A stretch of DNA of 64,000 bases, taken from an uncultured Planctomycetota bacterium (lineage in GTDB: Bacteria; Planctomycetota; Planctomycetia; Isosphaerales; Isosphaeraceae). This document shows positions 1 through 12,286 of the stretch, piece by piece. The stretch is taken from positions 64,001 through 128,000 of the forward strand of contig CAWJTV010000018.1 of NCBI GenBank assembly GCA_963845755.1. Reading direction: 5' to 3'. The position numbers and the translations under genes were made by a program. A model generated the notes under the pieces. It saw only the letters and a program-made list of their open reading frames with translations. It was not told where the DNA came from and made no database searches. The first letter of the stretch is position 1, and every line of letters starts with the position of its first letter.

Positions 1-3000
1 TCTGGCTCTCGATGGTGACGGCGACGCGCGGCGGCGGCGGCTCCCATCGAATCTCGCCAAGCCGGCTCGCGTCGTCCACCTGATAGGCCGTTCGAGACGA
101 CGCCGACCTCGAGCCGGTCACCTCGAGAGGCACCGGGGTCGTCGGAATTGGGGTCAATCCGTCGGCTCCCGTGAGCTCCGGTTTCGAATCGGATGAGACC
201 ACGAGCGAACCCGTCCCAGCCTCGGCGCCGATCCAGTCGACCCACGGGGTACGGACCCGATGCTGGCGCGATCCGACCTTGAGCGGATCTTCACTCAAAG
301 GGATCCACCCCGAGATCCGGACGTGCCGGCGCGGACCATTGCCGGGACGTTGCCAGATCAGGTGCAGGTGAAAGTCGGTGGAAATGGTCCAGTCCATCAG
401 CCCATCGCCGGAGACCTGCGTGACCTGGATTCCCTGGGGCAGCACGGCTTCGGTCGGCGGGGAATGGCCGGAGAGCTCGATCAAATCGGCGTCTAGGATC
501 AGGGCGATCCGACCCGATTCGATCTGGAGCTGCAGCGCGGGACGGACCTGGACCCTGCCGGGTGCCGGGCCGGTCTGGAACGTCGCAGCGAGCTCGCGCG
601 AATCGGCTGGTCCCGCTGAGGGTCAGCGGCTCTGGGGGGAGCTGTCCCCACGCTTTGACGAACGACTCATCGTTGATCGGGTCGGTGTTGGGCAGCGGTT
701 CGAGCCGGCCGGTCCAATCGCCGGGCCTGCGGACGCCGAGCGAACCGGCAAACCGTTCCACGCCCACGGGCTGGATTCGGGGTAGTTGCCGGACGACGAC
801 GTCGGGACGTCCGGGCGCGACCCGCGGCTTTCCCGAATCGCCCGCTGCCGCGTCCCGCGGTCGCCAGCAGTCGATGGCGAGGGTTGCCCCGGGCGGCAGG
901 GGTGGATCGATACTCAAGAGCCATTGGCCGTCCTGGGTCTCGTCGAAGAAGACTCTGGACCGGCCTGGCGCCTGCACCGAGCGAAGGATCAACTCCGGAT
1001 CGTGCGACAGCCGAATCGTGGACATCTCGGTCGGCTGATGGTAGCTGAACCGGCAGCGCAGCCGGTCGCCGGCCGGGTTGACGTCCCAGAGCATCAATCC
1101 CTCGACACTTCCCACCGACCGCGGAGCCTGCGGTGCACCGGGTCTTGCCCAACGAATTACGAGCCGGTCGGTGGGGCCGAGCAGGCCGACGAGAGCCCGA
1201 TCCGGCTTCCGCTCGGTGCGACCGCGAGAGGCCAGATCCCCCTGGGGGACCTCGTCACGAGGCGGGTCAAGGATGACGCGAGCTGTCGGCAACGGATTGA
1301 TAGGCAGGCTGAGCTCCTCGGAGCCTGTCTCGTCGACGGTCGCCGCGGCCCGGCGGCGGAGACTCAGGACATGGCTGCCAGCCTTCGGGATCATCACTCG
1401 GGCCTGATTCCCACCCGGCACCACCGCCAACGGGCAGGACTCCCCATCCAGCGTGGCCTCGATCTCCCTCGCGAGCGAGACGGGGACCTCCCAGGAGAAG
1501 GGACCCTGGCCGTGCGCCGTCAGCTCGATTCGGCTCTCCACGACGATGTCTTGTGCCCCAAGTCGCGTGATGCGGTGGACGGCCGAGATGGCTGTGACCG
1601 TCGCGAAAGTTATCGGCTCCGGATTCGCCAGGCGGGACAGCCGGTCGAAATCCTCCAGACGGAGGATGACCCGATCCGCCGGTCTTTTGGGATCGAATGC
1701 CCCTTCGTAAGGGAAAAGGGCCAGGATGGGCGATTCGCCCGTCGACGGTGCCGTGCGCAGCGAGTGGATCGCTCCGGCGATCAGAAGGACCAGCGATGCC
1801 CCCACCGCCGATCGCACCGCGACACGTTGAATCGAGCTCTCCGAGTGAACGGCGGAGAGGTCCGGCTGGGGGGCTCGGCGGACCCTCCGGCCGAGCTCGA
1901 GGAGCAACATCGCAACGGCCCCGACGAACCCGGCCGCTGTGGCGAAACTGAATCGCTCCGGAAGAGCCCGATCCAGGATTGCGCACGATGCCGCCATGAT
2001 CGTGAGGAGGATTGGCCAGCCGCGCGTGAGCCGGCTTCCGGCGGCCAGCCGGCCGGTTGCGACCAGCGCGACGATGATCCACGCCATCACGATCTGACCG
2101 CGAACGTCGATCAGATGGATGTAAGAATCACTTCCCGGCCAGCTCGCACCCGAGAACCTCCAGATTGACCGACCGGGTGGAAGCTTGAGCCGTCCAGCCG
2201 CCTCATCCTCGACGGTCGCCGCGGATCGTGGCGAAGCTTCCCTGCGCCAGCGGGCCGGCGTCTCGAAGCGGTCGGTCCGGTCGGACCCCCACGCCAGCGT
2301 CTCAGCGATCGCGCCGGCCCACGCCGACGGCTGGGCCAGACTCGCCGACTCGGCTGTGGTCGTGATCAGGAGGGCGTCCGGGAACGACACCACGGCCAGG
2401 CCGTTCTGCTGGAGCGTGGCCAGCGAGACTCCCTGGCGACCGGTCCTGGACCGGCCGGGAACGCACGGCGTCTTCGGGCCGAGCCCTGCGGCGTTCAGCG
2501 CCAGGCGGTCGATCACGATTGGCCACGGGCCTGCATCCCATCGGCTGAACCATTCGGCGAGCGTTACCTCGCCCGGGGCGGACAGATCGAGCCGGTCATC
2601 GAGCGTGTTGAGCCGCGCAGCGGCCCCCGGCGTGGCATGTCCGAGGAATGCGCTCCAGGCCGGGCTCCACAGTCCCAGCGCGCCTCCCGGCCAGTTGGCC
2701 GGATCGTCACGGTCGTTGGCGATCAGGCCCGGACCACCGTCCACGGCCTTCCAGCTCGCCGGGGTCGCGATCTCCCAGACGAAGGACAGGCAGGGCAGGC
2801 CGATCTCGGGGAGTTCGGGGTGGCGGAGCGAACCCGGGACTCCGTTTGCGCTCTCCGTGACATAGTCGATGAGGATCGTGCTCGATCGGGTGCCTCGCCC
2901 GGTGGCCGTCGCCGGCAGCAAGAACCGGTCCCCCGACCCTACGGGGGCAATCTCGGTCCCGTCGCGACGTACCCGGACCAGCGAGGAGCGGGCGGGCATG

Positions 3001-5544
3001 GCCAGTTCCAGGGACTCGGTCTGCTCGAGCTGAACCGACAGGCGGAGACGGTTGAGAGACCGGCCCGAGGCATCCACCGAGGTCGTCAGGACGGCCTCGC
3101 TCACGACCCCCGGCGCCGTGGATGGTGCGAGGGGCTCGGTGACGAGCTCCAGCTTGTCGCCGGGCTCGGTGTAGGCGAAGGCGTGGACGGCCCGGTTCTT
3201 CAAGGGAGAGCGATCACCTCGGAGGCCGCCCGCGTCCTCAGGTACTCGCCCGGTCCTCAGCATGTCGACGACGGAGGGGTTCAAGCGACCGAGCCCCACG
3301 TTCTCCACGCGGGAGCGCATGCCCGCCGGCGTCTCGATCACGATCGTACCGGAGCGGAACTCTTCACGGGGGACCGAGAGCAGGGGAATGGAACCGCGAG
3401 TATTCCACGGCGAGGCCGCCTCGAAATGAATGGCCTTCTGGGCCTGGGGCGACAGGTTGACGATCAACGCGCGGGCGGATCCTCTGGCGGGAAACCCCAG
3501 GCGCGCGCGGACCGGTTCCTCGATCGGACCTAGCGTCAACTCGGCACCATTCTCGTCGCGGAACCGCCACGACGCGAGGCGATCTTCGGGCTGATCGATC
3601 CAGAGCGGGAGGGATTCCAGGGGCGCGGCACCCGAGGTGAGCACGATCGTACCCTCGAGGGTGAGTTCACGCTGGTCCGGGCGGATCCGGGCTCGGGAGT
3701 AGATCGAGGCCATCGGGTCCTGATCGATCCGTTTGCGGTCAACGCGGCCCTCGGCGGCGGAAGACGTCCAGCGCCATGCGAGGGCCTCGCGGAGATGCGC
3801 ATCGGGGGCCCGCGGTGACGGCCCGGTCACCTCGGCGGGATCGATCCACGCCAGCCCTCGGGCCCGGGTGGGGCGAATCATGATGTCGTCGTCGGCCCAC
3901 GCCAGCCACGCCTCGTCCGCAGTCGCGGCCCCGACGGCGCGCACCCGAGGAAGCTCGAGGGGACCGCGGCCGCCCGGGACCGTCGAGGTCGCGCCGATCC
4001 GCAACGTCCATCGCTTCCTGGCCAGGACGGTTGCCGGGACCATTACATGCAGCCGGGTCGCGCCGGAAGCGAGTATAGCGGGGTGCCAGACCACCGGATC
4101 GTCCAGGCCCTCGATATGAACCTGTTCGGGCAGCCAAGTCGGTCCCATGTCAACCTCCAGCTCGGTGGCGGAACCGCGGTGGAGGTCCCAGTCGAGGCGG
4201 CACTCGAGCCGGGGCGAAGTATTGGTGATGAAGAGCTGCCCGCGCACGGTGCAAGCGAGGTCCACTCGGGGCCCGAGGAACACCAGCTCGGCGACGGAAC
4301 GGGGCGATTCTGCCTCGAAGATCAGCCGATTCGTGCCGCGCGGCTCGCGCGCGCCCGGACATGACGAGCCGGCCTGCCGCCTCCCGGCACTCCCGGACCA
4401 CGTGGAGCTCGTCCAGGACGACCGTCGTCCGGCCGCTCGTCCAGGTTGCGTCCAGGGGCCTCATCGCCGGGATCCGCCAGGGGCCCTCCGACGGGATCGA
4501 GGCATGGGCCAGGAACCGGATCACCGCGGAGGGAGACCCTCCATCCAGCGCGACGTTTACCCGTAGCGCCGAGCCCGCCGGCTCGATTCGATAGCCCCGG
4601 ACCGCCTGCCCTTGCACGTCGATCAGCTCGAGACCCGCGTCCAGCTCGGCCTCGATTCGTCCCGCGTGCCTCGGATCGATCTCCACTTGCCATTCTGTCG
4701 TCCAGTTGATGAGTTCTCCGGCGCGCTCCGAAATCCGCCGAAGGTCGATCTCCGTGAGTCCGCTCACCCAGGGCGCCGAGCCAAGGGATCGACCGGCCCG
4801 GCCCCTGCGTCGCCCGCACCTCGATGTCGAAGCGGCCGGACTCTCCCTCGATTTCCCAGAGCGCGCGTGGGGGATCCGCGGCGGCCCGCGGCGCTCGGCG
4901 TGCGCCACGCGGGCCCGAGGCGACCCATCCTCGGGGGAGGTCCAGCTCCAGGACTGTGGTCGCATCGCCGGGAAGGCCGAGCGTGAAACCGCGCCCCTGG
5001 GATTGGGGCCGCGCGCTCATTTCCCAATTGATGGTGAGGGTCTGTTCGCGGGGCGACCCGTCCAGCTCCAAGACCACCGTGCCGGCGGCTCGTGCGCCCA
5101 GCGTTTTCACCGAGTTCGACACGGAGAGGATCGCTGGGGTCCAGGGATCCAGGGCGTATTCCAAGGGACCGGCCGCCGAGACGGCCAGAACCAGTTCGCT
5201 CTGGCCGGTCAACACGCCTTCGGTCCATCGGGCGCGGTGCCGGGCCCGAACCAGCCGGGGCGAAGGCGTCGGCCGCCTGGCGTCGGCGCCGCGTTGCACG
5301 GCGGCCGATCAGTGACTGGAACGCCTTGGGGGAGAGGATGCGCAGCTCGGTGCCGGGGACGAAGTACTTCGAGACGTCTGGCGCTGGGAGATTGATGCCG
5401 ACCACGTCGGGGTCCGCCGCCGCCGTGAGGGCCAGCGACATCATCGCCGCCAGCAGGAGACGGACTCGCCCCGCAACCCGGACTCGGCCCGACAGCCGCG
5501 CGAGCAAGGTCATGGCCGATGACATGATAGGGCGATGGATCATG
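1..5544 (-). CDS. Very large hypothetical membrane/exported protein (>1800 aa), split by frameshifts; 3' end runs off the window start
   Basis: Overlapping minus-strand ORFs 4764-5615, 4322-5299, 4150-4965 and 291-4283 each carry protein-like segments that join end to end. N-terminal hydrophobic stretch (RLLLAAMMSLALTAAA) and a TM cluster at ~1760-2100. Start codon uncertain. Confidence 0.7.
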
Positions 5545-5603
5545 ATCGATCGGGACTCCAGGGCTTCTTCGGGAAGACGGAGGGCTGAGTCAGACCGGAT
5601 TGA

Positions 5604-5624
5604 TTCATCCTTCATCCTTCATCC
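5604..5624. repeat. Short heptamer tandem repeat (TTCATCC)x3, intergenic
   Basis: ttcatcc ttcatcc ttcatcc read directly between the two large genes. Confidence 0.8.
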
Positions 5625-5638
5625 TTTCCGGGAAGCCT

Positions 5639-8600
5639 TTACGTCCGTCCCAGTGTGGAGCTCCTCAATGGGTCCTCCGACGTGGAGCCGGCGATTGGTG
5701 ACGGGATGAAATCCATCGTGGAGGGGACGCGGACGCGAATGGCCGTCGAGTCATCCGACCCGACGATCGCCGGTCGTTCGACCGACGAATCGGAGAGGAC
5801 CTGGCCGGTCGCGGGGCTCGATTCCCTGGTCGGGGGGACTGTGGCCTTGTGCCGATCGAGCAGTCCTTGGATCAACAGGCCCAGGAAAGTCAGGGCCGCC
5901 CCCATGAATGACGATTGCAGGACGAGCCAGGTCACGCTCGGCTGCAAGAGCGCGGCGGCCAGCAGGGTGAGAACGGCCGCGCAGGCCCAGGCCGTCCGGA
6001 AGCGGATCCGCGCGAACATCGCGAGGAAGCCGAGGATCAGGGTCGCGCCCGAGCAGACCGCGACGATCCAGGCCCGGGAAAGGACCCAGACGCTCAGGTC
6101 GGTGGGCGGCCCGGCCCGGCTGAAGAGCCAATGATACGAGTCATCGTCGCTGGCCGCGCTTCGCTCGGCGCTCGCTGGCGCGGAGACGGCGTCTCCGATC
6201 CACTGGTCCAGCTCGGCCACGTCCTTCCCGGGCCGGCGCCTCCAGAGTTTGCCGCTCCAGTACCACTGGTTCTCATCGGACCAGCCCGTCGGGACACCGA
6301 CAATCACCCGATCCCAGGGGAGCTGCACATCCCAGAGCGTCTCGAGCACGACGGCACCGTCGAGGAGCTGCGGCATGCGCCAAGGCGATCCGGCGGCGGG
6401 GCCATCGAGCTGGTACTCCAGCTCGACCAGCGTGGGGCGAGAGCCGGCCTCAGGCGGCAGGCGCAACCGGTAGCCGGGTCGCGTCGCATCGTAATCCACC
6501 TGTTCGGTGACCCGGCCGTCAACCCGGGCGGCGAGCCAGCGGGCTCCGTCGGGCATCGCGAAGGAGACGACCGGCCCGTGAGTCTCGACCCAGTACCGCG
6601 CCTGGCTGCGGGTCGTTCCGTCGAAGCCTTGCACCGTGCGAATCAGCAGGCGGGGAACGACAAGGGACGGCATTGCGACCGGATCCCGCGCCAGGACCTT
6701 GAACGCAAACGGGCGGGCCGGCCCGTCCGGTCTGGCGGTGAAGGCCAGGGTGGAGGACGGGTTCCCTCGATTCGCCTGGGTGCCGTCGGCAACGGAGATC
6801 CAGGCCGGGTCGTTCCCCTGGAACTGGATTCCGGGTGCCATGGAGAGCTCCAACCGGACCGGTCCCGCGGCCTCCGGGAACGAGATCCAGGGTATCGTCA
6901 ATTCCCGCTGCGCGGTCGCGTCGAGATGCGGAGCGATCGGCAGGTGGCAGCCGAAGCGCAGCACGGCCTTGTCGAGCGCCGGTCGGGCGAAGGATAAACG
7001 GTAGTGCCGCGTTCCATCGGTCTCCTTGTCGAGCTCCTCGCGCTCGACGTCGCGGTCGAGCAGGTCCCAGCGATCCGCGATCGCCGCCGGCACGCGGACT
7101 TCCAGCGAGGTCAAGGTCCCGTGCCGGACGGTGAGGGTCGTTTCCTGGAGCAGGTCGACCGACCGCCGCGCAGACCTCGGCGGTGAGCACGGTCTGATGA
7201 GTGAGCGACCGCGCGTGCCGCACGATCCGGATCGGTAATGACCGGGCGGCTCCGCTGCCGGAGAGGAGCAGGGGGGGCGTGCCGGTCCGCCGTCGGTGGG
7301 CGACACTGGCCGATCGAGGGGATTCGTGGTCTTGGCCTGGGCCGGGAGGTCAATGGAGCGCGTGACCTGGCCGCTGTCGTCATCGAGCTCCATCGCGAGG
7401 CTGCGATCGGCGGAGACCGTGTAGGAAGTGGCGACGGACGTCGCGGCGTCGGGGGCGAACAGGCCGAGCTTCACCGGGCCGTCGCGGGGAATGCGTTGAT
7501 AGCCCTTGAGCTGGAGACTGGCCTTCATCCGTTCGCGTGCCACGGAAGTCAGGCCGATCTTCAACACCCGCGCCGCGGCGGGCCGAGCCCCGCGATCTTG
7601 ACTCTCCGCTGAGGCTCCATCCCTCGACCACGTCGTTCGGGCCCACGGAGACGACCTCGAGCCCCGGCCCGATGTCGAGCTCGACCTCGAAGAGCTGGCC
7701 GCGGACCCACTGCAGCTCGATGGTCGCTTCGCAACGGGCCTGGTCGGCATCGATTCGAAACGCCGTCTGCGATCGGGTCCGGAGCAACGGTGGCGAGGCT
7801 TCGACGTCCAGTTGCAGCAGGAAGGGTTGTTCCACGAATTCGAAGGCGAGCCGCGTCGAGGGCCGTTCGCGCAGGTCCGCGGGCAGCCCTCCGGTTTCGA
7901 TCCGGCGCAATCCTCGCGACACCGCCGGGCTGATCCAGAGGTTCGGGCTCTGCGTGATGCCGATGGCGCCAGACTGTTCCCGCGCATGGAGCAGGGGAAA
8001 CCCGCCGAACGCGAGCCGATGGGCGGCGGCCTTGGAGTAGGATCGCCGGGTTTTCATGACCAGCCGCCTGGGCGGTGCGTCCGGGCGGAGCGGAGTCCCC
8101 AGCGGGATCGTCAGCAGTCCGGCCTTGCGTGCCCCCTCGATGCCGGCGGCGTCCGTCGGCTGGTCGTCGAGGCGCAGCTCGGTCACCTGGTCTCGATCGT
8201 CGAGGCGGATCTCCAGGCTGCGCGTCATCCCGCGAACGCACCAGATCTGCCACAACGATCGGGTCAACATCTGCTCCGAGTCGATGTCGATCGCGATCTC
8301 CCCTTGCGCCGTCAGCAGCGGAGGAGCCTGGCCGCTCGAATCCGTGTCGTTGGCCCAGCTCACCTCGATCCGGGGCCGGATCGTGAGCGCGGCCGTCAAC
8401 TGCATCCCCTTGCCATCCCGGCGTTCGACCGTGGGAAAGACTTCATTCGCACCGATGATGATGTCGGACTCATGGCGGGAGAACGTAACGTCCAGCGAGG
8501 TCGAGGCGGCTTCGGGGATCGCCAGCGCGAGGACCTTACGCGCGGGCTTCGCCGTCACCTGGGCCCGGAGTTCGACCTCGACACGATGACGGCCCCTGGC

Positions 8601-9140
8601 GCATCAACTCGACTTCCCACTGGGACTGGCCGTTCCTCCGCAAGGTCAAGGCCCGGTCCCCCTCGCGCGCATCCGGCGAGCTTCTGGTCATCCAGTCGGA
8701 TCGGCACCCAGGTCGCGTCATCCGACGGCGTGACGATGGCCAGCTCGACCACGAGGTTCGCGGAATCCTCCTCGATCCGGCCTCGGACTCGGACCGATTG
8801 CACGAAGCCGGGAGTCGACGCCGGCCGGACGCCGGGCGCATTGCCACCCACCCCTTGCGCCGCCGGCGCGACCCGCCTGAGTTCCAGGTCGGGGTGGGCG
8901 ATCCTCTTCAGGAGTGAGTCGAGGTCAGCCGGGCCGGGGAGGATGATATAGATGGGATCGGCCGGTCGACGGACCTCCTCGCCCGGCGTCGACGACGACA
9001 CCGGGAGCCTGCGCCGCCAGGGCCGGCAGTGCGACCAGCGGGGCCAGGAACAGGCACCCCAGGCTCCCGATCAGTTTGCGGGGGAAATCCAAGGAGCAGC
9101 ACCTTCTCGAAGTGGCAAAACCTGGTAGAACCAGCCGCAC
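5639..9140 (-). CDS. Large hypothetical membrane protein (~1150 aa), split by frameshifts
   Basis: ORF pieces 8925-9140 (signal-like), 8555-9001, 7380-8558 and 5639-7987 are contiguous. C-terminal 3-TM region (RAWIVAVCSGATLILGFLAMF...). Confidence 0.7.
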
Positions 9141-9214
9141 CCTCCTCGTCGCCGGCTGTCGTGCTCTCGAGTCGGACGATGGGCACGGATGCGTGCAGAC
9201 GTCCGTCCGCCCAC

Positions 9215-11084
9215 CTAGTATCCACTATAACATAACATCGGCGTACAGTACCCTCCACGAGGCGGTTGTCCGGATTGCGACCCGGCATCTCGACAGGCGA
9301 TCGGGGATGTTTGCTGATACGTCACGCGCGGGATTGTTCCCTTTCGAGATGGCGAGGCACGTGAGGTGAATAGGGCGTGTTGACTTGTTGAAATCGCCCT
9401 GTCACGTCTTCCCCGTTCTGTCGTGATGGGCTCATCCGGATGACCATGGTCAAGCCCGCCCGGCCGCAGCCGTTCCCGGATCGACCGCCAAGGCAGTCCC
9501 GGAGGCTCACCCACGGCGTCTGCATCGAACGGAACCACTCGGCGAGGCGCCGAGATGGCTTCGTTTTGCCGGTTTTGATGATCGGCAGTAATGGCAGTGG
9601 GTTCGTTTTGCGAGCTCCGATGATTACGGGCCACGCTACCGGAGAGAATGACGAGAATCATCGCGAGCACGACGGTACGGTGAAAGGGTAGCGTGGAACG
9701 CGCGGTCAGCGCAACCTGCGGCGAGGTCGGTTCGTCCTGCCGAGTCGCATGATCGGCCGACGGGGTGGTGGGTTCGTATTGCAGGTTCTCGCGATCGATC
9801 GTCATGGGCCTCGGATCGACTTCGACCGTGGGGTCGGCGATTCCGCCAGTCACCGCCGGATCGAACTCTCCCGCCTCGGATCCTCGTCCTTCCGCGGTAT
9901 CCGCGGTGAAACCCCCGACGGCCTGGGTATCGGCGGGAATCTCACAAAGGCACGACGCAAGATCGTCGCTCGGGCAGGGGGGCGTCCCGTCCCGGGTCGG
10001 GGCGTCGGACTCTGGCTCGTCGGACAAAGGCGGAGCTTCCTCGCTCGACTCGGTTCGTATTCCGCTCCTCGCTCTCGAGCCCGATCGGCGGACTTTGAGG
10101 AGGGTGTCGAGGCTCCGGAATAGCGCTCGGCTGCACGAGAAGTGGTACCGGCGCAGCCGCTCTCCCTCGGTGCTGGTGTCGAACGACAGGAGGGCCGCCT
10201 GCCGGGCCACATCCGCCTCGGCGCGCTGACGATGCTCGGCGGTCAGCGGTTCCAGCCGCGCGATCGCCTGCTCAGCGACGCTCCGCAGCTCCTCGATCGT
10301 CGCCGCCTGGTCCTGCGCCAGTCCCTCGACCAACTGCCGGTCCAGCTTGCGGGCCAGGTACCCGTCGATTTCCGGATGAGGGTTGGCCCGCCGGCGTTCG
10401 CAGTGGTTTTCCCACTCCTCGGCCGTCAGGTTCAGCGGCGGTTTCCCCAGCAGGCGGATCGCCCTGGACTTCTCGATCGACGGCCAGGTCTGGCCCTGGT
10501 CGAGGATCGCGCGGAGCTCGATCCAGCGGTCGAGCATCCACTGGCAGCCGGGACCGGTGGATTCGAGGCGGCGGACGATGGCCCCGGCGTGATCCAGGAC
10601 GTCGAGGGGCCGGGAGGTCTGGGACTTGCGGCCCGGGAGCAGGGCTTCGAGGATCTGGCTCTGAAGCTTGAGGCTTCCCGATCCATTGCGATCGCTGAAG
10701 AGCCGACGGCCCAGGGCGGCGGCCTCTTCCTGCTGACGGTTCGCCTCCAGGACCGGCAGCGTTTCGATGATGTGGGAGAGCCGGGCGACCTCGGCGCGAT
10801 CGGCCCGATCTAATTTCCAGGAGGACTGCACGGCCTGCTCGACCAGGAACTGCTCGACCTCGTTCTGCGGCTGAAGGTCGCCGACTCCAGGACTCCAGCC
10901 GCGCCTGGAGTACCTCGGGATCCTCGCCGGGCAAGACGAGAGTCCTGGCGGTCATGCCGTGTTTCACGGCATTGAACCGCGAGCGGTTCTTGCCCTCGGG
11001 GGTCCGGGGTCCGGTGCTCTTCTGGGCATTGCGGCGGTTGATCTCGGCCCGATCGGACCTGGGCGGGGTCATGGTGGTGGTCAT
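9215..11084 (-). CDS. Hypothetical protein with N-terminal NRRNAQKSTGPRTPEGK...NAVKHG motif; frameshift near 10880
   Basis: ORF 10272-11162 (ATG at 11084) continues in ORF 9215-10831. The motif is a recurrent uncharacterised family, from recall. Low-complexity C-terminus. Confidence 0.65.
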
Positions 11085-11329
11085 GGTGCTCTGACCCTGG
11101 TGTGGATGCAACGGCAGTCGTCCCCGGGGCGACACCCGTTTGATCGCTTCGGGTGTCGCCACCGCCTCTTACCCTTACGATCCGCACATGCGCGTTCCCA
11201 GTTGCATAAAAATTGTTACATGTCACAGTTTTCCGACGGGGGAGCACGGGGATCATTCATTGCAACGCGATGGTAAGTCCAGGGTTACATCGAAGCGTGG
11301 GAGGTCTGGGAAGGCCTAAAAAAACCGCG

Positions 11330-11665
11330 ATGACAACCGTGCCCCGAGGAACCGGGTCCTGCCGCCTTGAGCTGGGAGAAGGCCCGACCGAACGCCTCGA
11401 TCTCAAGGCCCGGTCGCTGGAGCCGATGCGGGAGCTTCGTCAAGCCGAAGAAGCCGTCCGGCCAGCGCGTCAAACGTGCCCGGTCGGTCCAGCCCCAAGA
11501 TCAGCCGCGTTCCATCGAGGAACTCCCCCGGCCGCTGATGGCGCACGGCCTCATCACCCGCCTCCCCGATCCCGCGTGGACATCGACGAAGACGACCCGG
11601 GCGATCCGCCTATCCCCATCGTGGGCGAGCCTTCGTCGGAAGCCATCATCCGGGAGCGGCGCTGA
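11330..11665 (+). pseudogene. Decayed antitoxin-like gene of a vapBC-type pair
   Basis: Frame-switched reading LMAHGLITRLPDP...DEDDPGDPPIPIVGEPSSEAIIRERR* directly upstream of a PIN-like remnant. Confidence 0.5.
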
Positions 11666-11910
11666 AGCGGCGTTGTCGTATTTCGTCGATCCGAGTGCTC
11701 GGATCCGACGCGAGGTTCAGGAAATCCGAACCACCTGGGTTCGCGGCAGCACGGCCACGGCCCGTCCAACGTGATCGACATCGCCCGGCACACCGCCGTC
11801 GAATTCACCGGCCCCGTCGCGTGAGGGCGTAAAGGAAAACGCTCACCCCCCTGCGGCGCATCGTCGATTCTCCACCGCTTCGGCCCGCCTCTCGGTGGTC
11901 GGCATACCGT
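11665..11910 (+). pseudogene. Decayed, truncated PIN-domain (VapC-like) toxin
   Basis: SYFVDPSARIRREVQEIRTTWVRG / NVIDIARHTAVEFTGPVA* / SILHRFG resembles the PIN N-terminus YFxDSSALVKRYVxExGTxWV...IARITxVE; contains stops and frameshifts. Confidence 0.55.
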
Positions 11911-12155
11911 CGAGGCCGCGACGTTTCCCTCGGACGCCCGATGGCTCAGGGAGTCTTCGAACTCGCCTTCGCCCACTTCGAGAAGACGCCGCTCGCCATG
12001 AACGAGGATGAGCCGCTTGATCCACTGGAGGTAGGCAACCCTCGTGCGAATGCTGTAATGCAACCTCCAGACAACTTCACGGACCCGGTCGAGCAAGGTG
12101 GGCGTCTTATCTCGTCGCGTTTGGTCTGGATAAACCTTGGAAGGTCTGGTTGCAA
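11905..12155 (-). pseudogene. intI: Integron integrase, N-terminal SAM-like domain only; catalytic domain deleted
   Basis: LDRVREVVWRLHYSIRTRVAYLQWIKRLILVHG...LSHRASEGNVAAST matches the IntI N-terminus (LDQVRxxIRxxHYSxRTExAYxxWIxRFIxFH...VAASTQNQA). Similarity stops at VAAST. Gene is divergent from the attC array. Confidence 0.85.
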
Positions 12156-12178
12156 ATGTGGCCTTTCTCGATCATAAT
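12150..12178 (+). promoter_or_regulatory. Candidate cassette promoter Pc (TTGCAA-17-CATAAT)
   Basis: sigma70-like -35/-10 with 17-bp spacing, pointing into the array from the intI 5' end. Confidence 0.6.
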
Positions 12179-12194
12179 CAATCCCGTGATCCGT

Positions 12195-12200
12195 ATTATA
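12195..12200 (-). promoter_or_regulatory. Candidate -10 box (TATAAT) of the intI promoter
   Basis: attata on + strand upstream of the intI start; no good -35 seen. Confidence 0.35.
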
Positions 12201-12224
12201 CGCCCATGAGGGCGGGAAAAAAGA

Positions 12225-12256
12225 CGCCCATGCGGGCTTCGAAACAATGGTTAGCC
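12225..12256 (+). other. attI-like site; core GTTAGCC at 12250-12256
   Basis: cgaaacaatg/gttagcc resembles the attI1 ending aaacaaaGTTRRRY. It precedes the first cassette and pairs with that cassette's R'' box GGCTAAC. Confidence 0.7.
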
Positions 12257-12286
12257 CGCGCCAGGCGGCAGCAGAGGGGGGCGGAG

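Noticed and set aside
786..2168. Long plus-strand ORFs over 0.4-9 kb and antisense ORFs over xylB, ispG, gabD, metG and the GTs
   Set aside because: Shadow frames of better-supported opposite-strand genes
11554..12096. 180-aa ORF as a functional integrase
   Set aside because: Only about 63 residues are IntI-like; no R-H-R-Y catalytic domain, and the rest is antisense to the vapC remnant
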